A stretch of 64,000 bases of DNA from an uncultured delta proteobacterium. Lineage in GTDB: Bacteria > Myxococcota_A > UBA9160 > SMWR01. The stretch's first letter is position 1. The number at the start of each line of letters is the position of its first letter. The notes beneath the pieces were generated by a model that searched no databases, was not told where the DNA came from, and was given only the letters and a program-made list of their open reading frames with translations. Where the stretch lies: the NCBI GenBank assembly GCA_963832165.1, contig CAWHTE010000007.1, positions 96,001-160,000 on the forward strand. The letters are read 5' to 3'. This document shows positions 47,009-55,343 of this stretch, in pieces. Made by a program: the position numbers and the translations under genes.

Positions 47009-48349
47009 CTACGACGGGTCGGGAATCCAGTTGCCGTGGAAACCGAACGGCACGCGCGTGGGCAGATGGATCGTCGCGACCGGTTCCGCCGAGAAGTCGC
47101 GGGCCGCGAGGATCACCACGTCGCTGCGGTTCGTGTCCTCGTCGTGGGTGTAGGAGAGCACCCAGCCGTCGTCCTCGTCCGCGTCCGCAGTGCGCGGCAC
47201 GAAGACCGGCTCCATGAACGTGCGCGACCGCCCCTGCGCGTGCACTTCGGTGCGGCCCTCGCGCAGATCGTGCTTGAGCAGCGCCTCGAAGCGGAACCCC
47301 TCGCCGACCTGGACCGCATAGCCGTAGCGGTGTGGCTTCCCGACGAGCCGCTCGTCGAGGCGAGGAAACTCCTGGGGACGATCGTCGAGGCGCTCCTGCT
47401 TCACGGGCCCGCCGCGCGGGTCGATGATCCATCTGTCGAGCGTCGGCGGGCCGTTGCCCGCTTGATAGCGCTCGCTCGCGAACACCTGCGGCAGACGGAC
47501 CACGTCGATCACCACGCGCCCGTCGGCGTCCTCGAACGCGTTGAGCGGATGGAAGACGAAGCAAGGGTCGATCTCGCGCCAGATCACGTCGTCGGCGCCT
47601 CCCTCGCGCGGCAGCAGACCCACGCGCGCGCCGTACTCGGGCTGCCACGAGTAGGGGAGGCCGATACCCGATTCGACCGCTGCCTTGTCGAGCACGACGG
47701 GCAGATCGAGCAGTACGAAGTAGTTCCGCGTGATCGCGCAGTCGTGAATCATCGGAGAGCCGGGAACCGGCACGTCGACCGTCTTGCGCACACGCCCATC
47801 CACGCCCACGACCACGTACTGGATCCGCTCCTCTCCGACCCCGTAGACCGCTGCGTGCAGCTCGCCCGTGTCGGGATCGCGCTTGGGGTGCGCGCTGAAG
47901 CCGGCCGGAAGCGTTCCCGCGAAGTCGCTGCGCCCGATCGTCTCGAGCTCGCGGCCGAGCTCGACCGGCAGGTTGCCGCCCTCGACGATCGCGAACGTCC
48001 GGCCCGCGTGCGAGATCACGTTGGTGTTGGCGATGCCGCCGCCGAGCGAGTCCGCGCGCTGCGGGCCGGAGACGGGCGGCCACCCCTTCGCCGCGACCAC
48101 CTCGTCGTCGCGAACGAAGCGGCCGCGATACCACGCGGCGCGTCCGCCGCGCAGCTCGACACCGTGCACCATGCCGTTGCCGAGGAACCAGTGATAGTTC
48201 GCGGGGTCGGGCGCGATCGGGTTCGGCCCGATGCGCAGCAGGCGACCCTCGAGCTGTTCGGGAATGTGGCCCGTCACGCGCAGATCGATTGCGGTGTGCT
48301 CGTCGGCCACCGGAGCAAAGTTTCCCGTCAGGAAGAAGTTCTCGGTCAT
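47009..48349 (-). CDS. Carotenoid cleavage oxygenase (RPE65 family)
   Basis: GNFAPV, R.GPNP, four Fe-ligand His in SAHPK, MIHD, FHPLN, GFHGNW; EFPR. Confidence 0.95.
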   Translation of the reverse strand: MTENFFLTGNFAPVADEHTAIDLRVTGHIPEQLEGRLLRIGPNPIAPDPANYHWFLGNGMVHGVELRGGRAAWYRGRFVRDDEVVAAKGWPPVSGPQRADSLGGGIANTNVISHAGRTFAIVEGGNLPVELGRELETIGRSDFAGTLPAGFSAHPKRDPDTGELHAAVYGVGEERIQYVVVGVDGRVRKTVDVPVPGSPMIHDCAITRNYFVLLDLPVVLDKAAVESGIGLPYSWQPEYGARVGLLPREGGADDVIWREIDPCFVFHPLNAFEDADGRVVIDVVRLPQVFASERYQAGNGPPTLDRWIIDPRGGPVKQERLDDRPQEFPRLDERLVGKPHRYGYAVQVGEGFRFEALLKHDLREGRTEVHAQGRSRTFMEPVFVPRTADADEDDGWVLSYTHDEDTNRSDVVILAARDFSAEPVATIHLPTRVPFGFHGNWIPDPS

Positions 48350-48954
48350 CGCGTGCCTCCGGGCGCTCCGTCCATCAGGAGCTCGAGCACCGTGGTGAGC
48401 GCGTCTTCGAGCGACGCGCGGGGAACCGGTCCGCTGAGAGCACCGTGCGCCCAGAGCGTCGCGAGGCCGTGCAGCGATGCCCACACCGCGCCCGCGAGCA
48501 CGCGCGTGTCGCGCTGCGGATGCCAGCCGGCGTCCTGGGCTGCGCGCACCCGGACCACGACGTTCTCGAATGCGGCGCCGGCATCGCGGCGAAAGGTGGC
48601 GTTGTCGGCGTCGAGCAGCTCGGGGCGAAACATCAGCGCAAACAGCGCGGGGTTCGCGACCGCACACTCCACGTACGCGCGCGATCCCGCGCGCAACCTC
48701 GCGAGCGGCCCGACGCCCGGCGCGAGCTGGGCCGCGGACTTCTCGATCACTTCCGACAGCATGCGGAAGCCGTGCGCCGCGACCTCGGACAGGAGCCCGG
48801 CGAAGCTCGCGAAATGGCGCAGCGGCGCACCGTGCGAGACCCCCGCGTGCCGCGCGATGCTGCGCAGCGAGAGCCCCTCCAGGCCTTCGCGCGCGAGCAG
48901 GTCGAGCGTGGTCTGGATCAGGCGATCGCGGAGAGGCTCGGAGGAGGGGTCCAT
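48346..48954 (-). CDS. TetR family regulator (WHG-type C-terminus)
   Basis: LSLRSIARHAGVSHGAPLRHF; WASLHGLA. Confidence 0.92.
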   Translation of the reverse strand: MDPSSEPLRDRLIQTTLDLLAREGLEGLSLRSIARHAGVSHGAPLRHFASFAGLLSEVAAHGFRMLSEVIEKSAAQLAPGVGPLARLRAGSRAYVECAVANPALFALMFRPELLDADNATFRRDAGAAFENVVVRVRAAQDAGWHPQRDTRVLAGAVWASLHGLATLWAHGALSGPVPRASLEDALTTVLELLMDGAPGGTR

Positions 48955-48956
48955 TC

Positions 48957-48992
48957 GTAGACATTGTCTACCATCGAGTAGACAGTGTCAAC
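48957..48992. promoter_or_regulatory. Tandem TetR operators
   Basis: GTAGACATTGTCTAC (48957-48971) and GTAGACAGTGTCAAC (48978-48992), 21 bp apart, abutting the TetR start. Confidence 0.85.
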
Positions 48993-49084
48993 ATGTGAAA
49001 AATTAAATGTCACCTGGACGCAATTCAGTGCAACATATCCTCCGGGGATGCCCGCTCGCGCGGTCGCATCTTCGAGGAGGGTCC

Positions 49085-49672
49085 ATGAGATCGCTGGCCG
49101 TAACGGCCGCTCTTGTCGCTTTCGCGTTGGCGGGTTCTTCCGCGAGCGCCGAATCGTTCTCGCTGGAAGACTGCGACGCGTTCGGGTGTGAGGGCTCGAG
49201 CATCTTCCTGAACGTCGAGTCGGACGGAAGCGGGAACTGGAACGTGCTCCTGGGGATCGACACGACGAACTACACCGGCAACGCCGACGGAATCGTGCAG
49301 GCCGGATTCAAGGCGATCAACGACGCGGACGACGTCACGCTCGTGTCGTTCACCGACGGCACGTGGGCCGACCCGATTTTCGGATCCGTCAGCTCGAGCG
49401 GCCTGTGCGCGGGTCCCTCCAGCTCCGACTTCGTCTGCACGAGCGGCTACGTCAACATCGTCGACGATCCGGGGATCGACACTTGGGCGTTCTTCGTCGA
49501 GGGCGGAACGCTGATCGAGCAGTGGACGATCAAGTTCCAGTACTGCGACGAGGGCAACACGAGATGCAGAGGCCACCTGATCTCGGCGCCGAGCGTTCCC
49601 GTTCCGGAGCCCTCGGCCGCGCTCGTGTTCGCCGCGGGCTTGTTGATCGCAGCCTCGCAGCGCCGACGCTAG
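49085..49672 (+). CDS. PEP-CTERM sorting-domain protein
   Basis: GAGGAGG RBS; signal peptide; three Cys pairs; VPEPSAALVFAAGLLIAASQRRR. Confidence 0.9.
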   Translation: MRSLAVTAALVAFALAGSSASAESFSLEDCDAFGCEGSSIFLNVESDGSGNWNVLLGIDTTNYTGNADGIVQAGFKAINDADDVTLVSFTDGTWADPIFGSVSSSGLCAGPSSSDFVCTSGYVNIVDDPGIDTWAFFVEGGTLIEQWTIKFQYCDEGNTRCRGHLISAPSVPVPEPSAALVFAAGLLIAASQRRR

Positions 49673-50833
49673 TCACGCACCATCGCGCAGCACGCTGCGC
49701 GCGATCGTGTTGAGCTGCATGAACGTGGTGCCCTCGTAGATCTGCGCGACCTTCGCGTCGCGCAGGTACTTCTCGGCCGGGCACTCCTCCGTGACCCCGA
49801 TGCCGCCATATACGTCCACGCAGCGGCTCGCGACCGATTCTGCGGTGCGGCTCGCGACGAGCTTCGCCATCGCCCCCGCGCGCGCGAGATCGCGCCCGGC
49901 CTCGCACATGCGCGCCGCGTTGTAGACGTGGAGGCGCGTCGACTCCACGTCGGTCGCGCACTCGGCGAGCAGGTGTTGCAGCGCCTGGAACTCGGCGATC
50001 CGCTTTCCGAACGCCTCGCGCTGCCCCGCATAGGCCACGGCGCCCTCGAGCGCGCCCTCGGCGAGCCCGAGCATCTGCGCGCCGATCCCGATCCGCCCTT
50101 CGTTCAGCGTCTCGATCGCGAGCTTGTAGCCCTGACCCACCTCGCCGAGCACATTCGCCGCCGGCACCTCGACGTCGTCGAGCAGCACCTCGCAGGTGCT
50201 CGATGCGCGCACGCCCAGCTTGCCCTCGCGCTTTCCGATGCGTAGGCCGCGCGTGTCGCGCTCGACGATGAATCCGGTAATGCCGCGGTAGCCCGCGTCC
50301 GGGTTCGCATTCGCGAACACGAGAAACAGCCCCGATTCGGCCGCGTTCGAGATCCACATCTTGCGGCCGTTCAGGCGCCAGCCGTCGCCGATGCGTTCCG
50401 CGCGCGTCTCGAGCGCAAACGCATCGCTGCCCGAGCGCGCCTCCGAGAGCGCGTAGGAGCCGACCGTGTCGCGCGCGAGACGGGGGAGAAAGCGCTGTTT
50501 CTGCTCCTCGCTGCCCCAGCGCAGGATCAGCTTCACGACGAGCGTGTTCTGCACGTCGACGGGAATCGCGAGCGCCGGATCTACGCGGGACACCTCTTCG
50601 ATCGCGAGGATCGTCATGAAGAACGTCGCTCCCGCGCCGCCGTAGCTCTCCGGGATCTCGATCCCCATCAAGCCGAGCTCGAACAGCTCTGCGATCAGCT
50701 CGGGCGGCTGACAGCGCTCGCGCTCCATCTCGGGCACGCGCGGCCGGATGCGCGACTCCGCGAATTCCCGCACCGTCTCGCGAAAGATCCGCTCCTCTTC
50801 GGACAGCTCGGTGATCGGGGCCGCGGTCATCAC
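49673..50833 (-). CDS. Acyl-CoA dehydrogenase (short/branched-chain type)
   Basis: YALSEARSGSD, KMWISN, KLGVRAS, QIYEGT. Confidence 0.93.
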   Translation of the reverse strand: MMTAAPITELSEEERIFRETVREFAESRIRPRVPEMERERCQPPELIAELFELGLMGIEIPESYGGAGATFFMTILAIEEVSRVDPALAIPVDVQNTLVVKLILRWGSEEQKQRFLPRLARDTVGSYALSEARSGSDAFALETRAERIGDGWRLNGRKMWISNAAESGLFLVFANANPDAGYRGITGFIVERDTRGLRIGKREGKLGVRASSTCEVLLDDVEVPAANVLGEVGQGYKLAIETLNEGRIGIGAQMLGLAEGALEGAVAYAGQREAFGKRIAEFQALQHLLAECATDVESTRLHVYNAARMCEAGRDLARAGAMAKLVASRTAESVASRCVDVYGGIGVTEECPAEKYLRDAKVAQIYEGTTFMQLNTIARSVLRDGA

Positions 50834-50916
50834 TCCTCCTCCTGCGTCGGTCGTATACTAGGCCGCCTTACGCACCCGCGAATCTCGAGCTGCTGTTCAC
50901 CAAGGAGCGGAGCCCC

Positions 50917-52134
50917 GTGCACTTCGACCTGACCGATCTCGACCTGTTCGAGAAGGGTTTCCCGCAGCATGTGTTCACGTGGCTGCGCCGCGAGGCTCCC
51001 GTCTATTGGCACGAGCCCACTTCTCACACCCCCGACGGCGACGGCTTCTGGGTGGTGAGTCGACATGCCGACGCGCTGCGCGTGCTGCTCGATCCGATCG
51101 CGTTCTCGTCGGTCACGGGCGGCAGCCGGCCGCATGGCGGCTCGTTCCTGCAAGACACTCCGCTCGCGGGCGTGATGCTCAACATGATGGACCCGCCGCG
51201 CCACGACCGGATCCGCGGGCTCGTGAACAAGGGCTTCACACCGCGGCAGATCGCCAACCTCGAGGCCGAGCTGCGCCGGCGTTCGCGGTTGATCCTCGCC
51301 GATGCCGCGCAGCGCGGCCGCTGCGACTTCGTAGTCGATGTCGCGCGCGAGCTGCCGCTTCAGGCGATCTGCATGTTGCTGGGCGTACCCCAGGAGGCGC
51401 GCACCGAGCTCTGCGACTGGATGGACATCACCATGGAGTACTCGGGCCGCCAGCTCGGCGAGACCACCCCGGCAGCCCGCGAAGCGCACGAGGGCATCCA
51501 GAGCTACGGCGCGAAGCTGATCGCGGAGAAGCGGCTCGCGCCGGGCGACGACATGCTCTCGGTGGTGATCCACGCGGCGCTGCCGGGCGAAGAGCCGCCG
51601 GGCCTGACCGACGGCGAGCTGTTGATGTTCTTCTTCCTGCTGTTCGTGGCCGGCAGCGAGACCACGCGCAAGGCGATCGCGGGCGGCCTGCTCGCGCTGC
51701 TCGAGACCGGAGAGTGGGAGCGCCTGGAGCGTGAGCCCGGACTGCTCGGTACCGCGGTGGAAGAGATCGTGCGCTGGACGACGCCATCGGTGTACAAGCG
51801 CCGCACGCTCGCGCGCGATACCGAGCTCGGCGGGCAGCGGCTGCGCGCGGGAGACAAGCTCACGTTCTGGGAGATGTCCGCGAATCGCGATGACGCCGTG
51901 TTCGAGGACCCGTTCCGGTTCGACGTCGGCCGCGCTCCCAACCCGCACCTGGGCTTCGGGCACGGTGTCCACTACTGCCTCGGAGCCAATCTCGCGCGCC
52001 TCGAGATCCGCGTCATGCTCGAGGAGCTGGTCGCGGCCGGGCTCGAAATCGAGGTCACGGGCGATCCGGTCTGGACCCGCGACAATCGCCTGTTCGGGCT
52101 CAAGCATCTGCCGGTGCGGATCGGCGCGCGTTGA
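50917..52134 (+). CDS. Cytochrome P450, CYP125/CYP142-like clade
   Basis: F.KGFP..VF..LRREAPVYW, GFWVVS, AGSETTR, EIVRW, NPHLGFGHGVHYCLG. Confidence 0.9.
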   Translation: MHFDLTDLDLFEKGFPQHVFTWLRREAPVYWHEPTSHTPDGDGFWVVSRHADALRVLLDPIAFSSVTGGSRPHGGSFLQDTPLAGVMLNMMDPPRHDRIRGLVNKGFTPRQIANLEAELRRRSRLILADAAQRGRCDFVVDVARELPLQAICMLLGVPQEARTELCDWMDITMEYSGRQLGETTPAAREAHEGIQSYGAKLIAEKRLAPGDDMLSVVIHAALPGEEPPGLTDGELLMFFFLLFVAGSETTRKAIAGGLLALLETGEWERLEREPGLLGTAVEEIVRWTTPSVYKRRTLARDTELGGQRLRAGDKLTFWEMSANRDDAVFEDPFRFDVGRAPNPHLGFGHGVHYCLGANLARLEIRVMLEELVAAGLEIEVTGDPVWTRDNRLFGLKHLPVRIGAR

Positions 52135-52246
52135 AGCGGTACGCGAGCGCGCGCAATCGGACCGGAACCGCGCGCTCAGGCCGCCCCTCGAATGGGTCGA
52201 TGAGATACCGGAGTCCCGGGCCGATCGCGCCCGGGCCGGAGTTCTC

Positions 52247-53185
52247 GTGGATCGACGACGCCAGGCTCGCCGTCTGTGCACCGCCCTGCTGCGCATCGCT
52301 TGCGCGTGTGGACTGGCGCTCGCGCTCGGGTGCGCCTCCGTCGAGCACGGCTACAACGCGCAGCAGTATGCGGGCGTTCCGCTCGCGCCTACGAAGGGCC
52401 GCGGTGCCGAGCGCTTCCGGGCCGAGCTGGAGCACGACGAGACGCTCGCGAGCTACGTCGCCGAGCACGGGCGGCCCGATTACTTCTACATCATCGATCG
52501 CCAGAAGCTCTACTTCTTCTACACCGCCACGGACCAGGCGGCGATGTTCGAACGGATCCTGATGGAGCCGAGCCAGGTGACCGAGCTCGGGCGGATCCCG
52601 GGCAGCCTGCTCAAGATGCTGCCCGAGCCGACGCGCAAGCAGGTCGAGGCGCGCCGAGCGAGCGCGCAGCGGCGCGCGCAGACCCAGGCGCGCCACGCGC
52701 AGGGCAAGATCGACCGCAGCGCGCCGCGCCGGGCGGGCAGTGCGGCCGCGATTGCGCCCGGCGGCAACTACATCGGGGGATTCGAGGTCGCCCAGATCGT
52801 CGCGCGCATGCGCGCGCCGCGTACTGCGGCCGATCCCGGAGTATCCGACTGGCGCGAGTCGCGCGTGCGCGGGGGCGTCGCCTACACCGCGCGCGTGGGG
52901 CGCACAAACTATGAGGTCGGCCCCGAGCGCGTCGCGTTCACGACCGCCGTGCCTGGCTCACGCGCAGAGCTGCCCGGGTCGGCGCGCCTCGCGATGGAGC
53001 GCATCAACGATGCGATCTTCGCCGCAAAGGCCCAGGCTGTGACGGATCAGATGATGGCACTCGCGGAGCGCGCGGTCGCCGACCGATCGGGCTCGACGAG
53101 CTTCAGCAAGCGCGTGGCGGGCCGCACGATCCGGATCGGGCGACGCGTCGACGCCGGCGTGTTCGCCTACTCGATCCACCCGTAG
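52247..53185 (+). CDS. Hypothetical lipoprotein
   Basis: GTG after GGAG; LALALGC lipobox; GRPDY motif; start uncertain. Confidence 0.65.
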   Translation: MDRRRQARRLCTALLRIACACGLALALGCASVEHGYNAQQYAGVPLAPTKGRGAERFRAELEHDETLASYVAEHGRPDYFYIIDRQKLYFFYTATDQAAMFERILMEPSQVTELGRIPGSLLKMLPEPTRKQVEARRASAQRRAQTQARHAQGKIDRSAPRRAGSAAAIAPGGNYIGGFEVAQIVARMRAPRTAADPGVSDWRESRVRGGVAYTARVGRTNYEVGPERVAFTTAVPGSRAELPGSARLAMERINDAIFAAKAQAVTDQMMALAERAVADRSGSTSFSKRVAGRTIRIGRRVDAGVFAYSIHP

Positions 53186-53202
53186 CGCGGCAGCGCTCGG
53201 AG

Positions 53203-53439
53203 CTAGCGCTCGCGCCGGATCGCCGTACCCGCGATCAAGAGGCCCGCCCCGAACAGGAGCAGCGAGCTCGGCTCGGGCACCGCGGGCGTGAATCCGTTCT
53301 GGTCGTCGTTCTCCGCCGCGACGGAAACGGATGACGTCGAGGACGACGCGGCCGTGCTGCCGTGGCCTCCGCCACCGCCGCAGTCCGCACCCAGACCCGC
53401 AAGGGCTACCAGGAGAATCAGCAGCAACCGCATCCGCAT
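53203..53439 (-). CDS. Miniature PEP-CTERM protein (78 aa)
   Basis: GGGAGG RBS; signal peptide ending GADC; Ser/Thr-rich linker; VPEPSSLLLFGAGLLIAGTAIRRER. Confidence 0.85.
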   Translation of the reverse strand: MRMRLLLILLVALAGLGADCGGGGGHGSTAASSSTSSVSVAAENDDQNGFTPAVPEPSSLLLFGAGLLIAGTAIRRER

Positions 53440-53574
53440 CGCGTCGGCCTCCCACAGCCCCGCCGTTTGGCGGGCTGGTAGTGAGTGACCGTACCCGTCG
53501 CGGTGGTAACAACTCTCCGCGCGCAGAACATTCTGCGCGTTAGTTGCACACGAGCGTTCTGTTCGCGGGAGTCG

Positions 53575-53859
53575 CTAGACGCGCGAGCCGCGCAGGCGCA
53601 TGGCGTGGTGGCGCACGAGCAGGCCGATGCTCACCGCGGCCGACAGCCACGCGATCACGCGCATGACCTGGAACAGAGGCGTGTGACCCACGTGCAGCTG
53701 CGGCGCGAATACGGCGAGTCCGTAGGCGATCACGAGCAGGGAGAACGTGAGCGTGGTGGCCGCATGTCGCCGCTCGCCAGTCACTCGCCAGCGCCAGGCG
53801 AAGAACGGCAGGTGGGTCGCGAACACGCAGAACAACACGAGCGGCCAACCCCCGGACAC
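53575..53859 (-). CDS. Small three-TM membrane protein
   Basis: 94 aa hydrophobic ORF 3 bp downstream of the flavoprotein stop. Confidence 0.65.
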   Translation of the reverse strand: MSGGWPLVLFCVFATHLPFFAWRWRVTGERRHAATTLTFSLLVIAYGLAVFAPQLHVGHTPLFQVMRVIAWLSAAVSIGLLVRHHAMRLRGSRV

Positions 53860-53862
53860 GAT

Positions 53863-55296
53863 CTAGCCGCCCGCCGCGCCGCGACCCGCGCGGCGTCCGA
53901 AGAACGTGCCATCTCCGAGCGACAGCCCGCTGCTGTACCCGCCCACCGAGAGGCCCGACGTGCTGCGGCCCGCCGCGAACAGACCCGGAATCGCATCGCC
54001 GTCGCCGTCGAGCACGCGGCCCTCCGTGTCGGTGTGGAGGCCCCCCAGCGTGAACGCGGCGTAGAGCGAGTTCTCGGTGGTGCAGTCGAACGCCCCGAAC
54101 GGAGGCAGGACGAGCGGAGTCACATAGCGCGGATCCTTGTGGAACACGGGGTCGCGGCCCGACTCCGCGTGGCGGTTGTAGAGCGCGAGCGTTGCGGCGA
54201 GGCTGCCGTCCGGCAAACCGAGCTCGCGCTCGAGCTCGGCGGGGGAGTCGCCCACGGCGGCCAGGCTCCGCTCATAGCTGGGCTGCTCGAACACCGCGTC
54301 GTCGACCACGAGCCAGGCACGACCGCCGCGATGCAGCAGCGCGAACTCGCCGAGCCGCCCGTAGTAGGCGTCTTCGTTCACGAAGCGCTGGCCCTGCGCG
54401 TCGACGAGCACGCCGCGCTTGAGACCCCAGGGCTGTGTCGCGGGTAGCGAGATCGAGACCGCATCCATGTGCAGCGTGGCCGCACCCGCAGCCATGCCGA
54501 GCTGGATGCCGGAGCCGTCGTCTCCCTCGGCGCCCACGCGCACACTGCAACGGCGTGCGAGCGGCGCATACGCTTCGAGCATCCGATCGTTGTGGATGAA
54601 GCCGCCCGTCGCAAGAACGACGCCGCGGCGCGCCCGCAGCGCGCGGTGCGCGCCGAACGTCTCCGCCACGACGCCGACGATCGCACCTGCGCCGTCCATC
54701 ACGAGGGCGCGGACGCGATGGTCCGGGGCGATGCGCGCGCGGCTCGCGGCCACGGCGGCGGTGAGCACGCGCATGAGCAGCGGGCCGGTCTGATGCTTCA
54801 TCTGAGGGACGTGACCGCGCGGAGCAGGCACGGCGATGTCGCGGTAGGGATGTGATTGCTCCGAGCCCGACCACACGAGACCGTCGTCGGTGGGCGGCTC
54901 GCCGCTGCAGCCTTCGTAGAAGACCGGCTTGAAAGGCACGCCCTGCGCGACGAGCCAGGCGTAGTGCTCGACCGACCCATCGCAGTACATGCGGATCTTC
55001 GCCTCGTCGGGCGATCGCCCGACCGACGCCATCAGGTACTTGAACATCTCGTCGGGCGAGTCCTCGAAGCCGCACGCCTTCTGGAGCGCCGTGCCCCCTC
55101 CCAGGTAGAGCACGCCACCGCTCATCGCCGACGTTCCACCGCCGCCGCTCGCGCGCTCGAGCACGAGCGTGTGCGCACCCTCTGCGGCGGCCTCGAGCGC
55201 CGCGGCTGCTCCCGCGGCACCCAGCCCCACCACCAGCACGTCGACTTCGTCGTCCCAACTTCCGACGTCGGCTGCGCGAACGATCCGGCTCGACAC
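53863..55296 (-). CDS. FAD-dependent oxidoreductase, 3-ketosteroid delta4(5alpha)-dehydrogenase-like (Rv1817-like)
   Basis: VVGLGAAG; YLGGGT..Q..CGFEDSP.EM.KYL; PAPRGH; RFVNED.Y; FTLGGL; GYSSG.SLGDG.FFGR. Confidence 0.85.
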   Translation of the reverse strand: MSSRIVRAADVGSWDDEVDVLVVGLGAAGAAAALEAAAEGAHTLVLERASGGGGTSAMSGGVLYLGGGTALQKACGFEDSPDEMFKYLMASVGRSPDEAKIRMYCDGSVEHYAWLVAQGVPFKPVFYEGCSGEPPTDDGLVWSGSEQSHPYRDIAVPAPRGHVPQMKHQTGPLLMRVLTAAVAASRARIAPDHRVRALVMDGAGAIVGVVAETFGAHRALRARRGVVLATGGFIHNDRMLEAYAPLARRCSVRVGAEGDDGSGIQLGMAAGAATLHMDAVSISLPATQPWGLKRGVLVDAQGQRFVNEDAYYGRLGEFALLHRGGRAWLVVDDAVFEQPSYERSLAAVGDSPAELERELGLPDGSLAATLALYNRHAESGRDPVFHKDPRYVTPLVLPPFGAFDCTTENSLYAAFTLGGLHTDTEGRVLDGDGDAIPGLFAAGRSTSGLSVGGYSSGLSLGDGTFFGRRAGRGAAGG

Positions 55297-55343
55297 GATT
55301 CCTCCGAGGCCGCCAAAGCTAGCGCGCCCTATCCTCGCCGAAC

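Noticed and set aside
48993..49084. Sigma-54 promoter/PrsR enhancer expected for the PEP-CTERM gene
   Set aside because: No correctly spaced GG-N10-GC consensus recognised
53520..53539. Palindrome CGCGCAGAA-CA-TTCTGCGCG as a KstR operator
   Set aside because: Spacing does not fit TnnAACnnGTTnnA; may be a terminator or another site, unsupported
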